This document shows positions 10,526 through 20,102 of a DNA stretch of 64,000 bases, piece after piece. A model generated the notes under the pieces. That model saw only the letters and a list, made by a program, of their open reading frames with translations, made no database searches and was not told the DNA's origin. The stretch's first letter is position 1; each line of letters begins with the position of its first letter. The stretch lies in NCBI GenBank assembly GCA_034007745.1, contig JAVEQI010000001.1, forward strand, positions 118,531-182,530. The letters run 5' to 3'. A program made the position numbers and the translations under genes. The DNA is from Desulfobacterium sp. (GTDB lineage: Bacteria; Desulfobacterota; Desulfobacteria; Desulfobacterales; Desulfobacteraceae).

Positions 10526-10840
10526 CGCAACCAAAAGCCATCCATCGTTCCGGCCTTGCCGACTATAATCAAAAACATACCATCCTTCGGCATGTAATTT
10601 ATAAGCTGTATTAGTTATAAAAAAAAGACTTTAAAAACCAAACAAGAAAAAAACAACTAAAATACCATATACAAACCATATCAAACACTAACAACCTTGC
10701 TCTTATTTATTGTCTGCCCGAAATGGTGTCAAGGAAAAACCTAATGAAAAATTAAAATGCCCCATGATTTTGAATAACGCCATATTAAGGAACTTGTTTT
10801 GGCAGATCAATATATATCAGGCAGTGGATGGATGGCAGCA

Positions 10841-10865
10841 GTAGGGGCAATTCATGAATTGCCTC
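10841..10865. repeat. REP-like palindromic repeat, family B (GTAGGGGCAATTCATGAATTGCCTC)
   Basis: Palindrome core GGCAATTC-AT-GAATTGCC with a GTAG head. Confidence 0.6.
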
Positions 10866-10985
10866 GGGTGTCAGTACAGCAACGTTATCTAAAGTTATCC
10901 ACCGTAACCCAGGGCAAGCATCTGAGAAAGTGTATGGCAGAGTTATACGCATAGCTTCCCCCCGATGGACCCAGGGAAAGGGAGC
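10866..10985 (+). ncRNA. Candidate molybdenum/tungsten-cofactor (Moco-type) riboswitch-like leader of the periplasmic FDH operon
   Basis: CCACC..CCCAGGGC, then hairpin AAGC...(GUGUAU/AUACGC)...GCUU, then CCCCCCGAUGGACCCAGGGAAAGGGAG. From memory this resembles the E. coli moaA leader 3' half (..CCAGGGC-hairpin-GCCUCCCGUAUCUGGAAAGG..). Not verified with a covariance model. Confidence 0.3.
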
Positions 10986-11097
10986 CCATGTGTTAAAGAT
11001 AACATATCGATTTTATTAGTTTTTTCAACAAAACACCTTGCATTAAGATTTATTTGGTGGTTAACTATTATGATAAATATGCAACGTTTTGGCATTC

Positions 11098-11143
11098 ACA
11101 GGTGGTTACTACAAAAGACAAAGACCGACACCACCGTTTTTTT
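11098..11143 (+). terminator. Terminator/attenuator-like hairpin in the FDH leader
   Basis: GGTGGT (11101-06) pairs with ACCACC (11130-35), followed by a T7 run that ends 10 nt before the RBS AGGAGG. The stem is short and the loop long. Confidence 0.3.
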
Positions 11144-11170
11144 ATCACAACCTTTAGGAGGTCAATAAAA

Positions 11171-14100
11171 ATGAAATTTACACGTCGTCATTTTTTAAAG
11201 CTTGCCGGGATGGGTGCTGCAATGGTGCCCCTCGGTCAGTTAGGAATAGATCTCAAACCTGTCCAGGCATTTGCAGCAGGTATGAAGATCGACGGGGCAA
11301 AAGAGGTAATTTCCATCTGCCCGTTCTGCGCTGTTACCTGTCACTATATCGCCCATGTCAAGGATGGTAAGATCATAAGCACCGAGGGTGATCCTGATTA
11401 CCCGGTAAGCGAAGGTAGCCTTTGCGCCAAGGGAGCGGCCCAGCTCTCCATGGTCAACAGTAAACACCGATTGTTAAAACCACTTTACAGGGCTCCCTTC
11501 AGCAACAAATGGGAGGAAAAATCCTGGGACTGGACCCTGGACCGACTGGCCAAAAACATCAAACAGACCCGGGATAAAGACTTTAAAGAAACCAATGCCC
11601 GGGGCGAGCGGGTCAACCGTGTGGAATCCATATTCCACCTTGGCTGTTCCATCATGGACAACGAAGAGTGCGCCATAGTTCACCAGGCGGCAAGGGGGCT
11701 TGGACTGGTCCATTTCGACCACCAAGCCAGGATCTGACACAGCGCAACTGTTGCGGCTCTGGGAGAGTCGTTTGGACGCGGTGCAATGACCAACCACTGG
11801 ATTGATCTTAAAAACTCAGACTGTATTTTTATCATGGGAAGCAATGCTGCAGAGCATCATCCCATCAGCTTTAAATGGATTTTGCGAGCCAAGGACAACG
11901 GCGCCAAAATCATGCATGTGGATCCGAAATTTTCAAGAACATCGGCAAGAAGTGATTTCCATGTACCCCTTCGATCGGGTACTGATCTCGCCTTTCTTGG
12001 CGGTATGCTCAAGTACATCATTGAGAATAAAAAATATTTTGAAGAGTATGTCGTTGAATACACCAACGCATCATTTATCATAGAAAAAGAGTTCACGTTT
12101 TCCAACGGTATGTTTTCAGGGTATAATGCAAATACCAGGGTCTATGACAAGAGTTCGTGGGCGTTCAAGAAAGACGCAAACGGCGTGCCCCTGCGGGACA
12201 AGACACTCCAGGACAAACGCTGCGTGTTTCAGCTCATGAAAGAGCACTATTCCCGATACAACATTGAGGACGTTTCAAAAATAACAGGCGTTTCTAAAGA
12301 AAATCTTCTCAAGGTGTGGGAGACATTTGCTGCGACCGGAGAAAAAGGCAAGGCAGGAGCGATCTGCTACGCACTTGGCTGGACTCAGCACACGGTGGGC
12401 GTTCAGAACATCCGTGCAAGCGCATTGATTCAGCTCCTTCTTGGAAATATAGGCGTTGCCGGCGGCGGCATTGAGGCCCTCAGGGGTGAGCCCAATGTCC
12501 AGGGTTCCACAGACCATGCAGTCCTCTGGCATATCATGCCAGGTTACCTGCCGGTGCCCCAGTCCCAGTTGACCACACTTGCCGACTACAACAAGGCAAA
12601 TACTCCTGTAAGCAATGACCCCCAAAGCGTCAACTGGTGGCAAAACAGGCCGAAATATGTGGCAAGCCTTCTCAAGGGCTGGTATGGAGACAAGGGAACA
12701 GAGGAGAACGGATTCGGGTACAACTGGCTACCCAAGGTCGATGCGGGTGAAGACTACTCTTATCTCTTCATTTTTGACCGCATGTACAACAACCAGATAA
12801 AGGGCGGCTTTATCTGGGGAACCAATCCGGCCCAGACCGTTCCCAACTCCAACAAGGTAAGAAAGGCCATGGAGAATCTGGATTGGGTCTGTTTTGCCGA
12901 AGTCCACAACACGGAAACCACAGATTTCTGGCATCGTCCCGGTGTAGATACGGCAAAGGTAAAAACTGAATGTTTTCTTTTGCCATCTGCCAACCGTGCT
13001 GAAAAAGAAGGCTCCATATCCAACAGTGGACGTTGGCAGCTGTGGCACTATCAAGCCACTAAGCCCCAGGGTGAGTGTCTTTCACTGGGTGACATGTGCG
13101 TCAAAATTACCAACAAGGTACGCGAACTCTACAAGAAGGATGGTGGAACCTATCCTGAGCCCCTCTTGAACCTTGATTTCCCAACAAGCTTTGAACCTGA
13201 AACAATCGCCCAGAAATGTAATGGGTGGTTCACAAAGGACACCGAAATCAACGGCAAACTCTACAAAAAAGGGCAGCAGGTACCGAGCTTCACCGCCCTC
13301 AAGGACGACGGTTCTACAGTTTCCCTGAACTGGCTCTACGCAGGCGGTTATACCGAAGAGGAGCTTGGTAAAAAGGAAAACAAGTCCAAACGCAGGGATT
13401 TCTCCCAGACTCCGGAGCAGGCGGCAATCGGCCTTTACCCCAACTACTCCTGGGCTTGGCCAGTCAACAGGCGCATCCTTTACAACCGGGCATCAGTAGA
13501 TCTTAACGGACAACCTTGGGCACCGGACAAGGCTGTTATTCGCTGGGACGGCAGCAAATGGATAGGCGATGTTCCCGACGGCGGCGCGCCTCCCCTTGCA
13601 ACGGGTAAGGGCACATATCCCTTTATCATGGAACAGGAAGGTCATGGCAAATTGTTTGGTCCCGGCCGCATGGAAGGACCGTTCCCCGAACACTACGAAC
13701 CTATTGAGACGCCGGTTACTACCCACCCGTTCTCAGACCAGCTCAGCAACCCCTGTGCGATCATTTTCCACGGTGAAATGGACAAACTTGCGGAACCTGC
13801 CGACAAACGATTCCCCATCGTCCTTACCACCTACAGCATGACCGAACACTGGTGCGGTGGCGGTGAAACCAGATACACGGAATCCCTTCTTGAGGCAGAA
13901 CCTCAACTCTACGTTGAGATGAGTCCAGAACTTGCCAAGGAAAAGGGTATTGAAAATGGCGACCCGGTAATTGTTGAAAGCATTAGAGGCCGGGTGGAGG
14001 CAATTGCCATGGTCACCGTCCGCCTGAGACCCTTCACCATCCAGGGCAAGACTGTTCATTTAGTCGGTATGCCATTTTGTTTCGGCTGGATCACAAAGGG

Positions 14101-14230
14101 CTGCGGTGATGCCACCAACCGACTCACCCCGTCCGTGGCAGATCCCAATGTAACCATTCCCGAGTATAAGGCCTGTCTTGTGAACATCAAAAAAGCTGAC
14201 AGGCTTAAACTTACGGAAATTGAAATGTAA
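11171..14230 (+). CDS. fdhA: Periplasmic (Tat-exported) formate dehydrogenase catalytic subunit, selenocysteine-containing
   Basis: Twin-arginine signal MKFTRRHFLKLAGMGAAMVPLG..VQAFA. ORFs 11054..11737 and 11786..14230 are in the same frame and joined by TGA 11735-11737 in the context HFDHQARI-U-HSATVAALGESFGRGAMTN. The start is set at ATG 11171 (AGGAGG 8 nt upstream). Confidence 0.9.
11735..11765 (+). promoter_or_regulatory. UGA-Sec codon plus possible SECIS hairpin
   Basis: CGCAA-CTG-TTGCG (11743-11755), extended by CAG/CTG with a bulge. The loop differs from the GGUCU type, so this is less certain. Confidence 0.4.
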
Positions 14231-14311
14231 CAGGGATTGGAATACCACTTTAGCGTGGGGGAACTTAAGAACCAAAAGCAGTTCCCCCATCCAAAACTAA
14301 GGAGCAAAAAA

Positions 14312-15064
14312 ATGGCTAAAGCTTTTTTTATAGATACATCACGATGCACCGCCTGTCGAGGATGCCAGGTTGCCTGCAAGGAATGGCACGGCCTGGCCCC
14401 TGTCAAAACCAAGCAGTTGGGAACTCATCAAAACCCCCCTGACTTGAACCCTTTTAACTATAAATTAGTGCGTTTTAACGAGCGTTGTGTGGATAACAAC
14501 CGTGAGCATGTAGTCTGGAATTTCTTCCCGGATCAATGCAGACACTGCATTGAGCCGCCATGCAAGTACGTTGCGGACGACTACCTGGAAGGTGCCGTGC
14601 TTCATGATGAAGCAACCGGTGCAGTTCTCTACACGGATCTTACCCGGAAACTATCCAAGGATGCCTTCCAGGAAATCCGAGACTCCTGTCCCTATGATAT
14701 TCCCCGGAGGAACGAGGAAACCGGAGCTATTGTCAAGTGCGACATGTGCATCGACCGGGTCCAAAGTGGACTCCTTCCCATGTGTGTCGCCACCTGTCCC
14801 ACAGGCACCATGAGCTTTGGTGAACGAAAAGAGATGCTCAAGCTTGCCCATGATAGACTTAATGTGGTAAAGCAAGAGTTTCCTAAAGCTCAGCTTGTGG
14901 ATGAAAATGATATTAATGTCATCTATCTGATAGCTGATGAACCCAAATTTTACGCTGATTTTGTGGTTGCAGACGCACACAAAGGACCGGTCAACATGAC
15001 CCGGAAAGCCTTTTTTGCAAAAATTGCAAGGCCCCTTATGGGTGCAGCAAAACTAAAGGTTTAG
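14312..15064 (+). CDS. fdhB: Formate dehydrogenase iron-sulfur (beta) subunit, 4x[4Fe-4S] type
   Basis: MAKAFFIDTSRCTACRGCQVACKEWH, CRHCIEPPC, CDMCIDRV...CVATCPTG. Start ATG 14312 follows AAGGAG. I saw no C-terminal TM helix. Confidence 0.85.
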   Translation: MAKAFFIDTSRCTACRGCQVACKEWHGLAPVKTKQLGTHQNPPDLNPFNYKLVRFNERCVDNNREHVVWNFFPDQCRHCIEPPCKYVADDYLEGAVLHDEATGAVLYTDLTRKLSKDAFQEIRDSCPYDIPRRNEETGAIVKCDMCIDRVQSGLLPMCVATCPTGTMSFGERKEMLKLAHDRLNVVKQEFPKAQLVDENDINVIYLIADEPKFYADFVVADAHKGPVNMTRKAFFAKIARPLMGAAKLKV

Positions 15065-15112
15065 AAATCAAGGTGTAAAACCTGGGACAGATATACTGAA
15101 AATACCCGCACA

Positions 15113-15145
15113 AAAGCCGCTTCAACAGGTGTGAAGCGGCTTTTT
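15113..15145 (+). terminator. Rho-independent terminator
   Basis: AAAGCCGCTTCA pairs with TGAAGCGGCTTT (12 bp), followed by TTTTT. Confidence 0.75.
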
Positions 15146-15186
15146 ACGATAAGGCCCATGATCAAAAAAAGGAAGGAGTAAAAAAC

Positions 15187-16101
15187 ATGCTCAATGAGCA
15201 AATCCGACACGAGAAATCACCCATGGGAATAGAAAAAGCCCTGGAGAACCTGTGCAAGACCAAACCACAACTGGAAAACATAGCGAGGGCCTTTGGGCCA
15301 CTTCTTCTTGCAAAGGCGGCCTTTAAAGAAGAGTGCCACCAACTCCAAAGGTTGGAGAAAGAGGAACTTACCATGGACGCCCACCGTTTTTCCCAGGGTG
15401 AACCCCTTTTCGCCCATATGGGACTGATTGATTTTAATGAAGACCTACCGGCCGCTGCCAAATGTCTATTGCCCCCAATGAAGCAGGCATTCAAGGGAAT
15501 CGTGAAAGAGATTGAAAAAATGGACCAATATCTTTCAACAACCAGTATAGATACAGGCGAATCCATCCACGCCCTTGTAAATGACAATCAGAAAATTTTA
15601 AATGAACAGGCGGAAAAAATAGGAATATCTGCGCCGGTCTTTACATTTATTCTCGGGCAGCTGGCCAAACCGTTCCTGGAGATGCAATCCCCTATATTCG
15701 CCCCGTTAACCGAGGGTCATCAATGGCTCCACGGGTATTGCCCCGTGTGCGGCTCCCATGCAGCCATGGCAGGACTTGTTGGCGAAGGAGGAAAACGCTG
15801 GCTCCAATGCTCCCTCTGCAATCATGAGTGGAGGTTTAACCGCAACACCTGTCCCAGGTGCAATGACAGCAACCATGAGAACCAGGAATATTTTTTTGAT
15901 AAGGACAGTCCCCTTGGGGCGGCAGAGCGTGTGGATCTTTGCAACAAATGCAAGTCCTATCTTTTGACCATAGACCTGCGCCAGAAAACAGACCCGGTGA
16001 ACATGGAAATTGCAGCCATGGGAATGATCCCCCTGGATATTCTTGCCCAGGAAAAAGGGTACACTCCCACCGCTGCTACGCCCTGGAATTCATTATCCTA
16101 G
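15187..16101 (+). CDS. fdhE: FdhE-like formate dehydrogenase accessory protein
   Basis: Four CxxC pairs: CPVCGS..., CSLCNHEW, CPRCND, CNKCKSY. The size and spacing are typical of FdhE and the gene sits next to the Tat-FDH. Confidence 0.75.
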   Translation: MLNEQIRHEKSPMGIEKALENLCKTKPQLENIARAFGPLLLAKAAFKEECHQLQRLEKEELTMDAHRFSQGEPLFAHMGLIDFNEDLPAAAKCLLPPMKQAFKGIVKEIEKMDQYLSTTSIDTGESIHALVNDNQKILNEQAEKIGISAPVFTFILGQLAKPFLEMQSPIFAPLTEGHQWLHGYCPVCGSHAAMAGLVGEGGKRWLQCSLCNHEWRFNRNTCPRCNDSNHENQEYFFDKDSPLGAAERVDLCNKCKSYLLTIDLRQKTDPVNMEIAAMGMIPLDILAQEKGYTPTAATPWNSLS

Positions 16102-16148
16102 AGCCTGCACGGCCGAAGCGAAAAATGGCTCCTGCCACAACAAAGGTT

Positions 16149-16191
16149 GAAACTTGAACAAGGCCGCACCTTGTTTCTTGTCTCAAGTTTC
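16149..16191. terminator. Composite hairpin between convergent genes (possible bidirectional terminator)
   Basis: GAAACTTGA pairs with TCAAGTTTC and encloses ACAAGG-CCGCA-CCTTGT. Confidence 0.4.
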
Positions 16192-16202
16192 TTGACAGCC
16201 GG

Positions 16203-17927
16203 CTATCGCCCAAAGGTGCACCGGGGATACTTGCACTCTTTACAATCAAGGCAAAACGCCCCATGACCCATGCGGGCAAGATCCCGGCGTGTGATGGGAA
16301 CGTCTGCCAGTATGCGGGGCAGCAAAAGATCCAGGCTTGTGGTCTTGAAATAGAGGGCGCAGGCCGGAACTCCGATCACCGGTATTTTATTGATGCTTGC
16401 CAGAAGCGTCATGGCACCAGGCAAAATGGGAGCACCATAAAGCAGGTTTGTTGCGCCCGCATCCACAAGCCCCTGACGGGTAACATCATCAGGGTCAACG
16501 GAAAGCCCTGCAGTGGTGATCAGAAGATCTGCTCCGTCAGCCAGGAGACTTTCCACACCTTTCTTGATCGCACCTCTATCGTCAGGAACAATCACAGAGC
16601 CCACCACCTTGCAGCCGAGACGCTCGACCTTTGACCTTATTACGGCATCGAACCCATCTTTTATCAAACCCTGGAACACCTCAGTACCGGTGATCAGTAT
16701 GCCCACATTGGCCTTACGCATGGGAAGCACATCCATGAGGGGTTCATCACCAATAACAGCCATTGCCTTATTGTAATTAGCAAGGGAGAGGTAAAGGGGG
16801 ATTGCCCTGGTTCCTCCTATCTCATGATCCTTTGACACCACAGAATAACTCTGGCGGGTAGCGCACATAACACCCGATACAAGGTTAAAACCCTCCAGCC
16901 TGTCTTCATGAATCGTCAAAAGCCCATCCCGGGCAGCAACAAAGGTAACCTTTCCCTCCCTAGGATTTTCGCCAAAGGCTACCCCACTTCCTGCCATGGC
17001 CTTTGCAAAGGCAAGGGCCGCCTTGTCTTCATGCACCCATTCTTCACCCGGACCATCCTGACCTTCAAGATAAAGATTGCTTCGCCCCATCTGCTGGAGG
17101 CGGCAGACATCCCCTGGTGTAATCACCTGGCCCCGGTGAAAGGCTGCACCCTTTTTTTTGCCGGGAATTATTTTTGTCATATCATGGAGTATGACTCGCC
17201 CCTCAGCCTCTTTCACAGGAACAGAGTTAAGTTTTGGGGACAGGGAATCAGGGTCAAAAGCGTCGTTAACAAAGGGAGCTTCCCCCTGGCATCCCCTGCA
17301 GATTGTGCCGTGTTTTGACGGGAAAGCCTCGCCACAGATGGGACAGTCCATAGTTGGCCCAAGGGATCTTTTTTTCATAAAAACAGGCGCCACCTGAACA
17401 GCCTCAATTGAAAAAAGATCTGCTCCGGCATTTTTAATCTGCTCACGTAAAAAAGGGGTATCCTGCTCGGCCTTGGGTTTTAACTTGTAAAACCAGGTCA
17501 TGAGCTCCTGCCAGGGTTTCATCTTTACAGGATCAAGAAAAACCCTGACACCGGCTCCTTCAAATTTATCGTACAGGGTAAGGGCAAATTTTCCAAGGTT
17601 GACAACCTTCATCCAATCATTGCCGGTGGTGCATAATGTCAGCATTTGCACAGCATCTGGAAGGCAGTAGGAGGTTTCACAAATGGCTTCAAACAATACT
17701 TCCCTTGGAAGCATCTGTTCAAGGGCAAGATCAACCATTTTTCCCCCAATGATCAACCCAGGTGCCGGGTATCCATGGAAGGAGGTTATAAATTCAATAT
17801 ATTCCTCATAGGTATACACATTCCCCTGATGGTCCCGGCACCAGAGAGTATGATGTATATCCAGGCTGTGATTTACATCTTTTGTCTCTGTTTTTATGGG
17901 ATCCTTACCTGCACTTTTATTCAGCAT
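16203..17927 (-). CDS. FmdE-domain / zinc-ribbon / MoeA-N-like / MoCF-biosynthesis-domain fusion protein (molybdopterin or tungstopterin cofactor handling)
   Basis: N-terminus HGYPAPGLIIGGKMVDLALEQM matches the FmdE family. CPICGEAF...CRGCQG is a Zn ribbon. The C-terminus NVGILITGTEVFQG...ADLLITTAGLSVDPDDVT matches the MoaB/MogA/MoeA cofactor-binding fold. Confidence 0.65.
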   Translation of the reverse strand: MLNKSAGKDPIKTETKDVNHSLDIHHTLWCRDHQGNVYTYEEYIEFITSFHGYPAPGLIIGGKMVDLALEQMLPREVLFEAICETSYCLPDAVQMLTLCTTGNDWMKVVNLGKFALTLYDKFEGAGVRVFLDPVKMKPWQELMTWFYKLKPKAEQDTPFLREQIKNAGADLFSIEAVQVAPVFMKKRSLGPTMDCPICGEAFPSKHGTICRGCQGEAPFVNDAFDPDSLSPKLNSVPVKEAEGRVILHDMTKIIPGKKKGAAFHRGQVITPGDVCRLQQMGRSNLYLEGQDGPGEEWVHEDKAALAFAKAMAGSGVAFGENPREGKVTFVAARDGLLTIHEDRLEGFNLVSGVMCATRQSYSVVSKDHEIGGTRAIPLYLSLANYNKAMAVIGDEPLMDVLPMRKANVGILITGTEVFQGLIKDGFDAVIRSKVERLGCKVVGSVIVPDDRGAIKKGVESLLADGADLLITTAGLSVDPDDVTRQGLVDAGATNLLYGAPILPGAMTLLASINKIPVIGVPACALYFKTTSLDLLLPRILADVPITRRDLARMGHGAFCLDCKECKYPRCTFGR

Positions 17928-17946
17928 CTATGACTCCTCTCTTTTT

Positions 17947-18327
17947 TTATACACTATCATCCCTGACTGGTCTAATATCGATCACTTTTTCAAAAAGCTG
18001 ATCTGCGTCAATCACCACATTTTTATGAAGTTGCCTGAACTGTTCGACAAACTCCAGAGCCGCAGGCATCAGCTCAGAACCGCCGCCTGCGGCACCTCCT
18101 TTGCTTCTCACAAGCAGAGGAAAACCAAGTCTCTCTTCCGTTGCTTTCACCCTTCCCCACAAGGCGCGGTAACTCATTTTCAACTCCTTGGCAGCAGCCT
18201 GAAGTGAGCCGAGACGATGTACTGCCTCAAGGATTTTAAGACGACCAAGTCCAAACACCACCTTTCCATCTTCGTCCTCTATCCATATTTTTGATCGAAT
18301 AAAGAACCGTTCTGATTTTTTATCCAT
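17947..18327 (-). CDS. ModE-N-terminal-like winged-helix regulator (no TOBE/Mop domain)
   Basis: ILEAVHRLGSLQAAAKELKMSYRALWGRVKATEERLG matches the ModE/LysR-type HTH. The start is uncertain (ATG 18327 or 18369). Confidence 0.6.
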   Translation of the reverse strand: MDKKSERFFIRSKIWIEDEDGKVVFGLGRLKILEAVHRLGSLQAAAKELKMSYRALWGRVKATEERLGFPLLVRSKGGAAGGGSELMPAALEFVEQFRQLHKNVVIDADQLFEKVIDIRPVRDDSV

Positions 18328-18571
18328 ATTAATTCTATCTAACCTCAATCGATATGTCACAAATAACATAGGAGTTTAAAATGCTTGATACCCCAGGATA
18401 TGCAAAAAGTCAACTCCAATGACAAAACCTGACCAGCAAGGTTGAAATCCCTCCTGAAAAAGGATATCATCCACATGTCCTGGTGAACATAACGAATATT
18501 GAAACTAGGCCAACGGTGTCCCTTTGACGTGAGTTTCCTAAAAAAAATAATAAAAACGGATTGAAAGCATT

Positions 18572-19003
18572 ATGAATCAACAGGTTCAAGAACTTCTTAA
18601 ACGAATCAATTATATAGAAGCAGACATGGAAATCCAACGACAGATCCTCTGTTCAATTCCCTCTTCTGACAAAAAAGAAATGGAAAAGACTATCCAGCTA
18701 ATTGCCCAGAAAAAGACCATGGTAGAAGGGCTGAGGAAGGAGATAAAAGATACTGATCCCCTGGTCTTTCAACAAATTATGGCCTTTGAAAAGGCAACAA
18801 ACAAGTTTAAGCAACTTGCCGCAGAAAAAAACTTCATTGAGATCAAAACCCCAAATGAAAATGAACCGTGCAATTTAAATATTAAAAAGGGTAATCAAAC
18901 GATTGAATGCCTTGTAAAGGCGAAGGATGAATCAGGGGGGTATACCGTAATCAACTACAATGGTGAGATTCTTGAATTTTTAAATGACGAAGTTATGGTC
19001 TGA
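18572..19003 (+). CDS. Hypothetical protein (helical N-terminal half, Cys-containing C-terminal half)
   Basis: Clean 143-aa ORF in an otherwise empty interval. I recognised no family. Confidence 0.4.
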   Translation: MNQQVQELLKRINYIEADMEIQRQILCSIPSSDKKEMEKTIQLIAQKKTMVEGLRKEIKDTDPLVFQQIMAFEKATNKFKQLAAEKNFIEIKTPNENEPCNLNIKKGNQTIECLVKAKDESGGYTVINYNGEILEFLNDEVMV

Positions 19004-19051
19004 GGCCATCAGTACAGCTCATGCACTGTCCCTTACTTATTTTATCGAGCT

Positions 19052-20014
19052 TCATGCTTTGCTGTGTCCGCCAGAACATGTGGATTGTTCAGAATGTGAA
19101 TTGCTGCTGAGCTCTATCATCTCAAGCATGTCTCCTGGAACAGGGGTGAAGAACTCAACTCTTTTACCTGACCAGGGGTGCCTGAAACCTAATGAAACTG
19201 CATGGAGCATCTGCCGCGGCGTTTGAATTTGTTTGTCTTTACGAGGTCCATACACCCTGTCCCCTACAAGGGGATAACCTAGGGCACTGAAATGAACCCG
19301 GATCTGATGGGTTCGGCCGGTTTTCAAACCAACCTCTACAAGGGTATATCCATGTATCTGTTCCAGAACACGCCACCTGGTTTCTGCTGGCCTTGCACTT
19401 TTACTATTGATTGACATGCGCTTTCTATGGATTGGATGTCTACCAATGGGAAGGACGATTCGACCTTGATTCTCATTTATCAATCCTGTAACCAGGGCAA
19501 GATATAATTTTCTAACCCGCCGATGCTTAAATTCCTTTTGCAGAAACTCATAGGACCTTTTGGTCTTTGCTACGAGAATAGCTCCGCTTGTATCCTTATC
19601 TAACCTGTGTACAATTCCACTCCGTGGCGGGGCATCACAATTTGCTCCATTAAGATCGGGGAAACGATGAATCAAGGCGTTTAAAAGGGTTCCGCTGGAA
19701 TTCCCAACTCCTGGGAGGACTACCAGTCCCGGGGGTTTGTTGATCACAACAATCCAGGGGTCCTCATAAATCAAATCAAGGGAAATGGATTCTCCAAGGG
19801 GAAGCAGTTCTGTTTCAGGCTCAACGCTTCCTTCAACAACCTCACCCGGCTTCACCCGGTAAGCTGCCTTTTTCCGACGACCCGAAACAAGGATGTCACC
19901 CCGTTCTATGGCCCTGGCCACTGCGCCCCGGGTGACATCATTTGCAGTTGTGGTAACAAGAACATCCAGGCGCTGCCCCATGAGCATTTCTGATACTTCA
20001 ATTTTAATCTTCAT
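19052..20014 (-). CDS. rluD: RluA-family 23S rRNA pseudouridine synthase (RluD-like, with S4 domain)
   Basis: HRLDKDTSGAILVAKT catalytic motif, an S4-like N-terminus, and GRTHQIRVH. Confidence 0.85.
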   Translation of the reverse strand: MKIKIEVSEMLMGQRLDVLVTTTANDVTRGAVARAIERGDILVSGRRKKAAYRVKPGEVVEGSVEPETELLPLGESISLDLIYEDPWIVVINKPPGLVVLPGVGNSSGTLLNALIHRFPDLNGANCDAPPRSGIVHRLDKDTSGAILVAKTKRSYEFLQKEFKHRRVRKLYLALVTGLINENQGRIVLPIGRHPIHRKRMSINSKSARPAETRWRVLEQIHGYTLVEVGLKTGRTHQIRVHFSALGYPLVGDRVYGPRKDKQIQTPRQMLHAVSLGFRHPWSGKRVEFFTPVPGDMLEMIELSSNSHSEQSTCSGGHSKA

Positions 20015-20102
20015 CTTTCTCCAAAATAAAAGACCGATGGGCTACAATAGCTTCATCGGTCTTTACGAACCATGGCCTTTTTCCGTGTGGTCACCCAAAA
20101 CC

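Noticed and set aside
10793-10812. TTGGCAG...ATATAT, considered as a sigma54 (-24/-12) promoter in the FDH intergenic region.
   Set aside because: There is no TTGC(A/T) element at the required 4-5-nt spacing after the GG. Only the TGGCA half matches.
16171-16195. 17/18-nt match CTTGTyTCAAGTTTCTTG between 16176-16193 and 53273-53290.
   Set aside because: The match is real but short and T-rich, similarity does not extend into the flanks, and the contexts differ (a convergent-gene terminator versus a tRNA upstream region). I could not assign a meaning and treat it as a possible fragment of another repeat family.
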